Translations under genes and position numbers: made by a program
Assembly (NCBI RefSeq): GCF_963921235.1
Contig: NC_086097.1
Span: 192,574,001-192,638,000 of the forward strand
DNA length: 64,000 nt
Origin: Mobula hypostoma
Taxonomy: Eukaryota
Direction: 5' to 3'
Shown: positions 1-13,059 of the stretch, in pieces
Position numbering within the stretch: position 1 is the first letter of the stretch
Layout of the letters: the number at the start of each line of letters is the position of its first letter
The notes under the pieces: model-generated
What the model was told of the DNA's origin: nothing
Seen by the model: only the letters and a program-made list of their open reading frames with translations
Database searches by the model: none

Positions 1-300
1 AGCTCCAGCGGACTGGGCAGATAAGACCAACACTGAGATCCAATAGCCCAGAACATGGTTCTGCAATGCTTCGTGGAGAGCAAGGGGCTTGAGAAAACAC
101 AGAATAAGTCATTGTTATCCACTGCAACCATGGAAGACCCCAGTTTGTGATGAATACTCATACCACTGGACCCAGACTTCCGAGGCTGAGAGAGTGGAAC
201 TGTCCCAGTGCATCGGCTTTTCCACTTTAAACACTCGCTGGCACAGGTTTCACTGTCATCATCGACTACAATGGACAGCCAACATGCTGCCATGTTCTTT
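1..300 (+). mobile_element. Probable fragment of a non-autonomous retroelement (RTE-related), truncated by the window start
   Basis: Higher GC/CpG than the flanks and resembles RTE-type UTR sequence. No diagnostic protein motif. Confidence 0.25.
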
Positions 301-360
301 TGATTGACTGTAAATAAATAAAACTAGTGCAGACACGCAGTGCAGATAATGGACTGCCTT

Positions 361-1780
361 CAAGTCAAGTCAAGTGAAGTTTATTGTCATTTAACTACAT
401 ATTTATATATAATGTATATAAAAATGAGACGTTTCTTTAAAGCAGGGTATAAAGCACAAAACACACAGTAACACATGATGACTTCAGAAGTTAAGGATAA
501 AATCTACAGATGAATCACACATAAATAACAAACTATGTTGCATTAACATTAAATATCATAGTGTATGGAACAGATTAACCAATGACACCTCCAATACGAT
601 GCAACAGGAGTTCAGCAGCCTAATGGCCTGAGGGAAGAACTGTTTCCCATCCTGACCATTCTTGATTTTATGCATCGTAGTTTCCTGCTAGGTGGTAGAA
701 AGTCAAAGAGGATGCTGGATGGATGGATGGGTTCCTTAATAATACTAAAGGCCCTGCATATGCAGCACTCCTGATAAATGTCCTGGATGGATCAAAGGGA
801 GACCACTATGCTCCTCTCAGCTCATAGGGGCTTCGGGTCTGATGCTCGACTGCTCCCTTACCAGATGCAGACACAATTCATCAGGATGCTCTCCATCATG
901 CTCCTGTTAAAATGAGGAATGAGAGCCTTGTTTGCCTAAATCTCCTTGGAAAGTGGAGGCGCTGCTGTGCCTTCTTGTTCAGGGAGGTGATATTAAAGGA
1001 TCAGGTGAGATCATCGGTCATGTGAACTCCCAGGAAAATGGTGCACTTAACTCTCTCTATGAAAAGTCATGTACTTGCAGACAGCGATGGCTTGTCTGCA
1101 CCTTCATAAAGACCACAATGATTTTGTCTTCTCCACACTCAGGCTTAGGTTGTAACTCTCACACCAATCCACCAACAGCCCCGCTTCCTCTCTATACTCC
1201 ATTTTGTAATCATTTTTGATAAGGCCACGCGCTGTGGTATCATCTGCAAATTTGATGAGCTGGTTTGAGCTGAATCCTGAGATACAGTCAAGCGTCAGCA
1301 CTGGGCTGAGCACACAGCCTTGGGGAGTGCCAGTGCTCAGAATAATGGAATGAGAGACGTTGCTATCCACACAGACTGACTGTGGCCTTACTGTTACGAA
1401 GTCCAGTATCCAATTGCAGACGGAGGTGTTGAGACCCAGCAAGAACAGTTTCCCAACCATTTTCTGGTATATGATGGTGTTGAGTGCTGAACTGAAGTCT
1501 AAAATCTGCATTCTGGCATATGAGAGACTTTTTTTACAGGTTGGACAGGACAGAGTGGAGGGCAGAGGCTATTGTATCATCAGCGGATCAAATTGAGTGG
1601 TGAGTGAACTGGAAAGGGTCCAATATAGCCTGGTGAAAGACGTTAATGTGCTCCGTGACCAGCTGCTCAAAACATTTCACAATGGTTGATGTTAATGCCA
1701 CCAGATGAGGGTCAGTTTAGCAGGAAATGTCGCCTTCTTTGACACTGGAATGATGGTTGCCACCTTGAAAACTGAGGGGA
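361..1780 (-). mobile_element. Rex1/Babar-type LINE, 5'-truncated, decayed RT
   Basis: ORF 1104..1511 has [28 protein letters not shown] and KFADDTT. Minus-strand 3' tail ATGACAATAAAC-(TTGAC)n at ~361-392. Confidence 0.85.
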
Positions 1781-2361
1781 CAAATAAGTGGCATAGTGCC
1801 CCAAATAAACAAAGGGAATCCCAACTCTTTACTCTATTAGTTTTTATTCATTAAAAGTTGTCCCAAATAAATGGCTTCCCCGATTAACCAATGACCCAAT
1901 TAACTAGAATTTTTATATTTAAATATGAAAACGTGAGAAATCAGGGGAGATGGCAAAGAGGCAATTCTGGAGTGCAGAAAGGACAAGATAGATTTATTTT
2001 TCTTGGAAAAGAGACCAAAAATGATTTCTTTAAGGTATATAAAAATATCAGTGGCATAGATTAGGTAAGTAGTAGAGAACATAGGGTGAGCGGAAAGGGA
2101 AAAAGGTTTAGGACAGAACTGAGAAGACGTTTTTCACACAAAGGATAATTGGAATCTGGATCACATTGTCTGAATGGATAATGGAGGAAGATATTGTCAC
2201 CACATTTAAGAAGGGATTTCAAATGACTGAGTTAAGGGAGAGGCTGGGACTTGGAACGTAGGACAATGAGGATTAATATTATATTCTTACAGTTGGTGAG
2301 TGTTAGATGGATTTACATGTTCAATTCTCTGGAATGGTAAATAAAGGTTAAGAAAATTGCA

Positions 2362-3434
2362 AACACAAGGTAATCTGCAGATGCTGGAATTTCAAGCAAC
2401 ACACATAAAAGTTGCTGGTGAACGCAGCAGGCCGGGCAGCATCTCTAGGAAGAGGTACAGTCGACGTTTCGGACCGAGACCCTTTGTCAGGACTAACTGA
2501 AAGAAGAGCTAGTAAGAGACTTGAAAGTGGGAGAGGGTGGGGGAGATCCAAAATGATAGGAGAAGACAGGAGGGGGAGGGATGGAGCCTAGAGCTGGACA
2601 GTTGATTGGCAAAAGGGATATGAGAGGATAATAGGACAGGAGGCCTAGGAAGAAAGAAAGGGGGAGGGGGGAAACTACAGGATGGGCAAGGGGTATAGTG
2701 AGGGGGGCAGAGGGAGAAAAAGGAGAGTGAAAAAAAGAATGTGTGTATATAAATAAGTAACAGATGGGGTACGAGGGGGAGGTGGGGCATTAGCGGAAGT
2801 TTGAGAAGTCAATGTTCATGCCATCAGGTTGGAGGCTACCCAGGTGGAATATAAGGTGTTGTTCCTCCAATCTGAGTGTGGCTTCATCTTTACAGTAGAG
2901 GAGGCCGTGGATAGACATATCAGAGTGGGAATGGGACGTGGAATTAAAACATGTGGCCACTGGGAGATCCTGCTTTTTCTGGCGGACAGAGCGTTGATGT
3001 TCAGCGAAATGATCTCCCAGTCAGCGTCGGGTCTCGCCAATATATAGAAGTCCACATCGGGAGCACTGGACGCAGTATATCACCCCAGACAACGCACAGG
3101 TGAAGTGTCGCCTCACCTGGAAGGACTGTCTGGGGTCCTGAATGGTAGTGAGGGAGGAAGTGTAAGGGCATGTGTAGCACTTGTTGGGCTTACAAGGATA
3201 AGTGCCAGGAGGGAGATCAGTGGGGAGGGATGGGGGGGGGACGAATGGACAAGGGAGTCAGGTAGGGTGCGATCCCTGTGGAAAGCGGCGGGGGGGGGGT
3301 GGAGGGAAAGATGTGCTTAGTTGTGGGATCCCGTTGGAGGTGGCAGAAGTTATGGAGAATTATATGTTGGACCCAGAGGCTGGTGGGCTGGTAAGTGAGG
3401 ACAAGGGGAACCCTATTCCTAATGGGGTGGTGGG
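2362..3434 (-). mobile_element. Penelope-like element (GIY-YIG end plus terminal repeat), 5'-truncated
   Basis: Same family as 51598-53127 (NRVPLVLTY, DPTTKHIFPS, GIY-YIG region). 11-bp TSD AGAAAATTGCA at 2351-2361 and 3435-3445. Confidence 0.9.
2458..2495 (-). ncRNA. Decayed minimal hammerhead ribozyme in PLE terminal repeat (core CTGACAA, G8>A)
   Basis: Minus strand reads TAGTC-CTGACAA-AGGGTCTCGGTCC-GAAA-CG-TC-GACTG. Confidence 0.7.
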
Positions 3435-3476
3435 AGAAAATTGCAGTTGAGACTTCAAACTGCGGACAAAGGTATA

Positions 3477-6400
3477 AAGACCATAAGACCCAGGAGCACA
3501 ATTAGGCCATTCGGCTCGTTGACTCTGCTCCACCATTTCATCATGGCTGTTGATTATCATTTTCAACCCTATTTTCCTGCCTTCTCCCCATAAATATTGA
3601 TGCATTGATTAGCCAAGAGCTGATCGACCTCCACCTTAAATATACCCAATAACGTGGCTTGCACAGCCATCTGTGGCAAAGAATTCCATAGATTCATCAC
3701 CCACTGTCTGTCTGTCTAGATACCATATCCGATGCAGACTTTGGTGACCATGGTTTTCCATGTAGATCTATCCTTCGTTTTTTGGATGACTTCCATTTCC
3801 TCGATGTGTAGCCACCTGGCTATGCTTTTGATGTACGTAAGCCGAGGTCTTCCTCTAGGTTTGCTCCCCTCAATTTTTCCAGAGAGTATGAGTTTTTCTA
3901 GTTCATCTTTCCGCATGATGTGTCCTAGGAATCTGAGTTGTCTTTCTCTTATTGTTGGTATGAGTGATCGAACTGCTTGGGCTCTTCTGGGAACTTCCTC
4001 ATTTGATGTGTGTGTGGTCCGTGATATTTTTAACATTCTCTTGTAGAACCATAATTCAGCTGCTTCTAGTCTCTTTTCCATTGCTGGAGAAATGGTCCAG
4101 CATTCACTTCCATAAGTCAGGATAGAATAAATGTAGCACTGCAGTATTCTGATTTTAGTGTACATGCTCATGTTTCTGTCTGTTAATATGGTCTTCATTT
4201 TCTGGAAAGCTTCTTTCGCCATTGCTATTCTGTATTTGATATCTGCGTCGCACCTGCCATTACTTGTTATTAGGCTGCCAAGATATTTGAATTTGTTGAC
4301 TTGTTTAATGTTTGTATTTCCGATCTTGATCCCACATTTTGGGATGTTTGTCTTTCTGGAGATGACCATGCTTTCTGTCTTCTTGGTGTTGATTGAGAGG
4401 CCTCCGCGATTACTTTCTGCTGCTACTATAGTGAGTAGTTCACCCACTAACTAAGGAAATTTTTCCTCATTGCTGTTCTAAGTGGATGTCCTTCAATTCG
4501 GAGGCTGTGCCCTCTGGTCCTAGACTTTCAGAACCCTGGAGTGTAGTCCATTTGCTGCAGGTGAGTTATTTACCTTCAGACTTTTAAGCTCCTCTAGCAC
4601 CTTCTTCTTAATAGCAATGACACTCACTTCTGCCCCCAGACACTCTCACATTTCTCACATTCTGCTAGTATCTTCCACAGTGAAGATTGACATAAAATAT
4701 TTATTGTTCCCCCACTATGTCTTTGTTCCCCCATTTCTACCTCTCCAGCATCATTTTCCAGTGGTCAGATATCCACTCTTGTCTCTTTTTTACTCATTAT
4801 ATACCTGAAAAATCTTTTTATATCCTCTTTTATATTATTGGGTAGTTTACTTCCATATTTCATCTTTTCTCTCTTTATAGCTTTTTTAGTTCCCTTCTGG
4901 TGTTTTTTTTTTGAAGTTTTCTCATCCTCTAACCTTCCTACTAATTTTAGCTATATTACATGCCCTATCTTTTGTTTTTCTGTTATCTTTGACTTCCCTC
5001 GTCAGTCATGGTTGCCTCATCCTCCCTTTAGAATACTTCTTCCTTTTTGGAATGTAACTTTTCTGCACCTTCCAAATTTCCCCAAAAAAGGCTATTGTTG
5101 TTCCACTGTCATCCCTGCTGGCATCTCTTTTCTTTGGTCAGCTCCTCTCTCATTCCTCTGTAATTCCCTTTATTCCACTGTAATATTGATACATCTGATT
5201 TTAGCTTCTCCTTCTCAAACTGTAGGATGGTTTCTATCATATTATGATCACTGCCTTCTAAGGGTTCTTTTACTTTAAGCTCCCTAATCATATCTGGGTC
5301 ATTACATAACACCCAATATATAATATATAATAATAACACCTTTCCTATAGTGGGCTTAACCAAAAGCTGCTCTAAAAAGCCATCTCAGGGTCATTCTACC
5401 AATCTTATTTTCCCAATCAATCTGCATATTGAAATTGTCCAATCCTGCATGATTATCGCCACATTACCTTTTTTACATGCCTTTTCTATCTCCTGTTCAC
5501 AAGGATTCTATGCCTTCTCATTCTCTGTTACCTCTTTCTAAGGATTTGATTTCACTTTTTACAAATAGGCCAGCCCACAACCCCCCCCCCCCCGCCGACT
5601 GCCTGCCTGCCTGTCCTTTCAATCCAATAAGCACCCTTGGATTTAAGTTCCTAACTATGATTTTATTTCAGCCACAATCATCTACCTGCATGGATTCAAA
5701 TATAACACCCTCAGTCCTGTATTTGTCACCTCTTTTTTGGCTCCTGTTACAGTTTACCTCATCCCACTGACTGCCTCACTGTCTTCACAGTCTCACTACA
5801 CACTGCATCTATTTGCATATCAATTGTCCCATCCTCAGCCCTATCACTCAGTTTTTCATCCCCCTGCCAAATTAGTTTAAACCCTCCTCAACAGCTCTAG
5901 AAAACCGGTCCTCCTTGGATTCAGTTGTAACCTATCCATTTTGTACTGGTCATGAAGAGATCCCAAATATCCAGATATCTGAAACCCTGTCCCTTGCACC
6001 AACTCTTCAGCCACATACTTACCTGCCAAATCATCCTATTCTTACCCTCACTGGCGCACGGCACAGGCTGTAATCCACAAATTAATACCCTCGAAGACCT
6101 GCTTTTCAGCTTTTGGCCTTACTCCTTACACTCTCCCTTGAGGACCTCCTCCCTTTTCCTACCCACAGTATGTCAATGGTGCCAATATGTACCCCATGAC
6201 CTCTGACTTTTCTCCCTTCCCCTTTTGAATGACATGGATCTGATCTGAGACGTCTCTGACCCCGGCTCCTGGGAGGCAACACACCATCCGGATGTCTCTT
6301 TCACCTTCATAAAATCTGCTTTTACTCCTATAATTATGGAACTCCTAATCACTACTACACAGCCACAGAGCCACAGTTTTCCCCTGGCAGGTCATACCCA

Positions 6401-6930
6401 CTGAGAGTATCCAAACCTGTATACCTGCTGTTGAGGGAATTGTCACAGGGGTACTCTGCACTGGCTGCCTATTCCCTTTTCCTCTCCTATCAGTCACACA
6501 GGGACCTGCCTCAGGAGCTACAGAGAGGTAGTCACCCCTATCTTCCAACTCCTCATTCTCCCATGTGAGCTGAAGCTCATGACCTGCCATTCCATCTCCT
6601 TAAGGAGTAGCGGCTCGATGTACTTCATGCAGATGTAGTTATCAGGGAGACTGGAGGTTTCTTAGCCGTCCCACTTCTCACACAAGGAGCATACCACTAC
6701 CTCCAGATCCATTCTCAGTACACAAGCCATGCACTAACAGAAAAAAGAACTTTCAAGGAGCTTTCTTACTTACTTACTCAGAACGTCCACCTATGCTTGG
6801 CCAAGCCTGTTCTCACCAAAGCCGGTACACTCAAACAATGCCCTGCTCCAACAATGGCTGCTTACACCTCCTTTCTTTTTGTTGGCCCTGCTATGTGTGC
6901 CGCCTGCTGAGAAAAGTAAGCTGTAAATTG
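3477..6930 (-). mobile_element. CR1 LINE, long internally deleted copy (ORF1 remnant, endonuclease, 3' tail), interrupted by an RTE insertion
   Basis: CR1 3' tail (TCTTATGGTCTT) at ~3477. ORF 5109..5363 has the endonuclease motif KEPLEGSDHNMI. ORF1-like remnant at ~5900-6600. Confidence 0.75.
3706..4439 (-). mobile_element. RTE-clade LINE, 5'-truncated (RT C-terminus), young
   Basis: Uninterrupted 243-aa ORF (GLSINTKKT, FKYLGS, YGSECWT, GSKPRGRP). (GACA)n tail. 9-bp TSD TCACCCACT at 3697-3705 and 4440-4448. Confidence 0.92.
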
Positions 6931-7129
6931 AAAAGCTGCTGATTTTAAGTGCAGATAATATACTAGACTACACGGAATAGTGAAAGAAACACAGACATAA
7001 GAGTTCTGTTCAACTTCTATTATGAGAATTCTGTTTATTACCTTGAGGAATGAAAATTCAACAAGATGATATATGCTATGAATCATCATTTTATTAATAC
7101 TCTTCAGCTATTTAGGAAACAAGTTTGGG

Positions 7130-7665
7130 TAGCAAAAATGGAGAAAATTTGCAGACTGTTGAGATAGCTGTCCTTTGGGAGCTATTGAATGCACCATTAT
7201 CAACTTTACCGGACTAGTGGATTTGGTTCATTTGAGGGAAACTATCTTTGAATGCAGCACTTAATGGAAAATTATTAGGCTATTAAGATAAAGAATACGT
7301 AAAATTATTTATGTTGTTTAAGCTTATAGTGGGGAATAAGGAAATGACAGAGGAATTGAACTAATACTTTGTTATCTGCATTCATGGAAACACTAAAAGA
7401 TCTGCCAAACAGACCTGAGAACCATGGATCTAGTGAGAATAGAACTGAAAGAAATAAGTATAATGAAAAGTCAGTCGAATCTAGAATTGTTCTTGTAGTT
7501 TTGAGGGTGGCAGAAATGACCTCACAGTTAAGAAGGAAGGATTAAGAAAACTGGGAAATACAACATCTTAGACTTGTTTCATTGTGGGGGAGATTCACTG
7601 GAATCTATAATGAAGATGTAATAACAGTGCTGTTTGAAAAAGACTAACAAAGTTGAACAGAACTG
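7130..7665 (+). mobile_element. Old CR1 ORF2 fragment
   Basis: Decayed GNKEMTEELN.YF segment and NY.LV-type motif, matching the other CR1 copies in the window. Confidence 0.5.
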
Positions 7666-8296
7666 AGCAACACACACAAAATGCTGGAGGAGCTCAGCAG
7701 GCCAGGCAGCATCTATGAAAAAGAGTACAGTCAATGTTTCAGGACGAGACCCTGCGGCAGGACTGGACAAAAAAGCTGAGGAGTAGGTTTAAAAGGTGGG
7801 GGAAGGGGAGAGAGAAACACAAAGCGATAGATGAAACCTGAAGGTAGAGGGATGAAGTAAAGAACTCAGAAGTTGATAGATGAAAGAGACAGAAGGCCAT
7901 GGAAGAAAGAAAAAGGGGAGGGGGAAGCACCAGCAGGAGTCGATGGCCAGGCAAGGAAATAAGGTGAGAGTGGAAAAGGAATTGGGCACTGGTGAAGGAG
8001 AGGGGGTCGGGGAAATTACCGGAAGTTCGAGGATTCGATGTTCATGCCATCAGGTTGGAGGCTACCAAAACAGAATATAAGGTGTTGTTCCTTCTACCTA
8101 AGTGTGGCCACATCACAACAGTGGAGGAGGCCATTGATTGACATATTGGAATGGGAGTGGGAAGTGGAATTAAACTGGGTGGCCACTGGGAAATCTTGCT
8201 TTTTCTGGTGGATAGAGTGTACGTGTCCAGGCAAAGCGGATTCCCAATCTACATCAAGTCTCAACTTCTGTATATTGGTGAGACCCAACATAGATT
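7666..8296 (-). mobile_element. Penelope-like element 3' part (GIY-YIG C-terminus plus terminal repeat with decayed hammerhead at ~7728-7765)
   Basis: ORF 8094..8291 QDFPVATQFNSTSHSHSNMSINGLL. Terminal repeat matches the other PLE copies. Confidence 0.85.
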
Positions 8297-8410
8297 CTCT
8301 GTTAGTTTCTCCTGTTTTCTCACATATTCCAAAGACATGCAGGTTAATAGGTTAATTGGTCACATGGGTTTATTTAGGTGGCGTTGGCTCATTGGTCTGT
8401 CGTGTGGTAT
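8297..8410 (+). mobile_element. V-SINE/HE1-like SINE fragment
   Basis: CCTGTTTTCTCACATATTCCAAAGACATGCAGG resembles the V-SINE central domain. Confidence 0.4.
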
Positions 8411-8529
8411 CCAAAGTATAATGTCTTACACCAATAATATAAGACCCTGGTGAAATCACACCAGGAGCATAATATATTATTTTAATCTTATCTACGTTTG
8501 TAAAATAAAGTATACTTATCACAGACAGA

Positions 8530-8938
8530 ATGATGCAAAGATTCACTAGATTGGATCCTGGAATGGCAGTGTGCTGTTTAAGGAGAAATTGAGTGCTTAG
8601 AAATCTCATTGAAATCCCAAAATTGTTATCTAATTCAAAAGGCTTGATGCAGGGAGGATGTTTCCTCTGGTTAGGGAGGCTAAAACCCGGGTCACAATCT
8701 CAAAATAAGGGGTAAACCATTTAAGACTGAGATGAGACGTCTTTTATTCAGAATATTATGAATATTTGGAAACATTAATCATAGGTGGACATGGAAGCTC
8801 AATCATTGAGTTCCATTGAGACAGAAATCAATAGATCTCTGAATATGAAGAGAACCAAATGGGTATGGGAATAATGTAGGAAAGGCATTGAAGTAGAAGA
8901 TTAGCCATGATCTTGATTGGTGGAGCGGGATCAAAATG
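8530..8938 (+). mobile_element. CR1 3' fragment
   Basis: Decayed RFTRL.PG region and CR1 3' UTR (AGCCATGATC...GGTGGAGC). Confidence 0.6.
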
Positions 8939-8939
8939 G

Positions 8940-10068
8940 TAACCTCCCACTGCAACGAGCAGAAGTTCCCACTTGCTTCAAAATGGCAACAATTATACCA
9001 GAGCCTAAGAAGAATAATGTGAGCTGCTGTAATGACTATCGCCTGGTGGCACTCACATTGACAGTGATGAAATGCTTTGAGAGGCTGGTCATGACTAGAC
9101 TGAACTCCTGCCTCAGCAAGGACCTGGACCCCTTGCAATTTGCCTATCATCACAATAGGTCAAAGGCAGATGCAATCTCAATGGCTCTCCACACAGCTTT
9201 AGACCACCTGGACAACATAAACACTATGTCAGGATGCTATTCATTGACTATAGCCAGCTAGTGAAGTGGTGCCACAGCAACAACCTGGCACTCAATGTCA
9301 GTAAGACAAAACAGCTGATTGTGGACTTCAGGAAGGGTAATACAAAGGAACACATACCAATCCTCATAGAGGGATCAAAAGTGGAGAGAGTGAGGAGTTT
9401 CAGGTTCCTGAGTGTCAAGATCTCTGAGGATCTAACCTGGTCCCAACATATCGATGTAGTTATAAAGAAGGCAAGACAGCAACTATACTTCATTGGGAGT
9501 TTGAAAAGATTTGGCACGTCAACAAGTACATTTAAGAACTGCATCACTGTGTGGTATGTTGGGGGGGGGGGAGGTGAGTACTGCACAGGACCGAAAGAAG
9601 CTGCAGAGAGTTGTAAATCTAGTCAGCTCCATCTTGGGTACTAGCTTACAAAGTATCCAGGACATCTTCAGGAAGCGGTGTCTCAGAAAGGCAGCATCCA
9701 TTATTAAGGACCTCCAGCACCCAGGGCATGCCCTTTTCTCACTGTTACCATTAGGTAGGAGGTACAAAAGCCTGAAGGCACTCACTCAGCGATTCAGGAA
9801 CAGCTTCTTCCCCTCTGCCATCTGATTCCTAAAAAGACATTGAATCCTTGGACACTACCTCACTTTTTTTTAATATACAACATTTCTGTTTTTTGAACTT
9901 TTTAAATCTATTCAATATACATACACTGAATTTATTTATTTATTTATTTATTTTAAATTTTTATTTACTTTTTTCTCTTCTGTATTATGTATTGCATTGA
10001 ACTGCTGCTACTAAATTAACAAATTTGGTGTCACATGTCGGTGATAATAAACCTGATTCTGATTCTGA
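8940..10068 (+). mobile_element. Rex1/Babar-type LINE, truncated and internally deleted
   Basis: ORFs with [50 protein letters not shown]. Tail GATAATAAAC(CTGATT)n ends ~10068. Confidence 0.9.
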
Positions 10069-10277
10069 CCTATTCCTAATCCAAATTTTTGAGTCAACCC
10101 ATGTATAGAAGGGCAATTTCAAAAATAGTAAAGATGTTCTTTTAGAGATATGCTGTTGAGATTTATTCTGTGCACCATATGCAACAACCATGCTCAGCAT
10201 TATAGTAAGTTAAAACCAAGAAACTAGCATTAAAACCAAGTTAAAGAAGCTCCACAGATGAGATTTTCTAAGTGCAG

Positions 10278-11195
10278 TGCAAGTTCAAGTTTCCTGTCAT
10301 CTGACTACATATATACAACCAGAAAGAGTTACCCAGTCTGGTGGTCTTAGTTCTGATGCTCCAGTACCTCCTTCCTGATGGCAGTGGGTCAAAGAGATTG
10401 TGGGATGGGTGGTTGGGATCCTCAACAATGTTTTGGGCCCTTCGTATACAACATTTGTAGTAAATGTTACAAATAGGATAGAAGGAGATTCTGTGATCCG
10501 GTAATCCTGTCGGCGTTTCTTACTATCCTCTGTAGGGTCTTGCAGTCCGATGCCTTGCAACTTCTGTATCACACAATGATGCAGCCAGACAGGTAAATCG
10601 ATGATCCTCCTGTAGAAAATTGTTAGAATGTGGGCAGGCCACCTTGCGCATCTCAAACTTCTCAGAAAGTGTAGACACTGCTGTGCCTTCTTGACTGACG
10701 AGGAGGTATTGTGGGTCCAGGTTAGATTGTCCATTATGTGCATACCAAGGAACTTTGTGCTCTTCACTCTCTCCATGGCAGAACCATTGATGTGCAATGG
10801 AGAGTGGTCGATATGCAACTTCCTGAAGCCCACAATTTTCTCTTTTGTCTTGTCCATGTTGAGACATGCAGTTGTTCTCACACCATTTGACAAGCCTCTC
10901 TACCTTCTCTCTGTATGCTGGAAATAAACAGTGGTGCCATATCATTGTTGTTGATGAGGCCAGCCACTGTTGTATCATCAGCGAACTTGAAGGTAAGTTC
11001 TGAGTTGGATCTGGCAGTGCAGTCTTGAGTCAGCAGTGTAAACAACAGCAGGCTGAGCACATAACCCTGGGGGGCTGCCAGTGCTCAGTGTGATGGAATT
11101 TGAGATGTCACTGCCAACTCGGTCTGACTATGGTTTTTCCATCAAGAAATCCAAAACCCAGTTCCAGAGAGGCGTGCTGAGTCCCAACAAGGATC
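10278..11195 (-). mobile_element. Rex1/Babar-type LINE fragment
   Basis: ORFs with KFADDTTVAGLI, KFLGMHI.DNLTW, KKAQQCLHFLRSL. Confidence 0.85.
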
Positions 11196-12011
11196 GTATC
11201 TTAACTTATTATTATTTTATAATATAATAATATGTGTTGAATCCCAGAGAATGTCTTTAAAAAAACATTTGTGTTAGATCATTGCACCTGTCATATGATG
11301 GTGTAATTCTTAGTCATCAACGCTTAAAGTCCTTTGTCATATTCACAGATCATTTGTCACAAGCAGAAAAATATCAGTAGCATAAACATCACATCTTGGT
11401 GCAAACCCAAAGCCTCATCAGACTGATATGCAACCAGATTGAATTTCCCTATGTGGCTTTTGACCTTTTGTTGTCTTGAGTAAAGAATGGTAAAAATTTG
11501 GCAACAATGTTATGGATGGTTATTTATCATTTATCATTGTGTATGATTTCTGCAGATACTCTGATCAGTGATGTTGGAAGCACTTTAGAACTGCCTCAGA
11601 AATGTTCCTGCTATCATCTATTTAATTATTGATTTATGTGGTTATCACAATTCTGAGAGCAATTTAAGAGAAACATGCATCAGTTGGAAACTGAAATTTG
11701 GAACTCAAATAAAGCTAGTTACAACAGGTTTGAGCAGTGTATTAGCAAAGGTAGAACAAAAGAGTAAAAGATTTTCCTGTAGGTAAATAATGATAAACAC
11801 TTAAATGAATATTTCACATTGTCATTGCATATACATTCCACTGAGAAGTAAAAACTCAGTAAGATTAATGAATCTACAGTGTGTCTAACCTAAAGAGTTC
11901 AGATTTAAAGCAAGGGTGTTTAAAAAATAAGATGCTGAAATAAATGATTAAGACATGATAAAAAGAGAGAAGGTGGTATATGAAACTAAATGAAAAACAA
12001 ATTTAAAAGTT

Positions 12012-12302
12012 AGGGCATCACGGCAGCATAGCAGCTGGCACAGTGCAATTACAGCTCGGGGAGTCGGAGTTTGGAGTTCAATTCCGGTGTCCTCTTTAAG
12101 TAAGTTTGTGTGCTCTTCCCGTGTGAGCATAGTGTCCTTTGATGCTCCTGTTTCCTCCCATGGTCCAATGTCAGACCAATGGTGTGATCACTTGCCATTG
12201 TAAATTGTCCTGCGATTAGATGGGTAGCTGGGCAGTGCAGCTCGGTGGACCAGAAGAGCCTGTTCTGCACTTTATTGCTAAATAAAGAAAGAAAGAAATA
12301 AG
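12012..12302 (+). mobile_element. tRNA-derived SINE (V-SINE/HE1-like) with CR1-type 3' end
   Basis: A-box-like GGCAGCATAGC, B-box GAGTTCAATTCC, V-domain-like GCTCCTGTTTCCTCCCA, CR1-like 3' end GGACCAGAAGAGCCTGTTC, (GAAA)n tail. Confidence 0.75.
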
Positions 12303-12649
12303 AAATTGTAAGCACTTCTTCAGTGACGTAAAACAAGAGCAAAAAGGAGCAGTAAATGTTAACTTTTTGCTCATAGTTCCATGCAAGCCAACACCTAACT
12401 GCATGTCACAATGAGTTGATCAATAGATCCTGACTTGGCTAACCCCCTGCACCCTGCTGATCTCACTGTTAAAATCAGGATGAATCACAAAATGTTGGAA
12501 TTGAAGGCTTGGATAAGCTCACACCTTCAGCTTAATGCTAGGAATGGTTGGTGTATGCATTACAACCCACTGATCTGAATGAGGATGCCAACTTTCAAAA
12601 TCTAAATTCAGGCAAGTGTTTTATTTTTATGTAATCTGAATGTATTTAA

Positions 12650-13050
12650 TTTCTAACAGAGATCACCAGAGTCAGTGATTGTACTCAAGCCTGAGGCTTT
12701 TGAATATTAGAGATAACAGAGGTTTTGATGTAGATTGGAGAGAGAATTTGTCATCAATTATCCATGAAGACATTAGGTATCTTTGAGAACATTAGGGTGG
12801 ACAAGTCAATAAAGACTGTTGGGATCTAGCTCAGGTTATTAAAAGAGGAAAGGGAGAGATTACTGGGGACTTGACAGCGATCCCTCTATGAGATCCCAGA
12901 GGACTGGAGAATAGCCAATTTTGTTCCTTGGTTTAAAAAGAGCGATATGGACAAGCCAGGAATAATAGTGAGCCTTACATCACTGGCAGGAAAATTATTA
13001 GAAAAGGCTGTTGGGATTGAATCTACTTGCATCTCAAGAAACATAGCCTT
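12650..13050 (+). mobile_element. Old CR1 ORF2 fragment
   Basis: Decayed PEDWRIAN.VP.FKK and VSLTS.AGKLLE motifs. Confidence 0.65.
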
Positions 13051-13059
13051 ATTTGTTAA

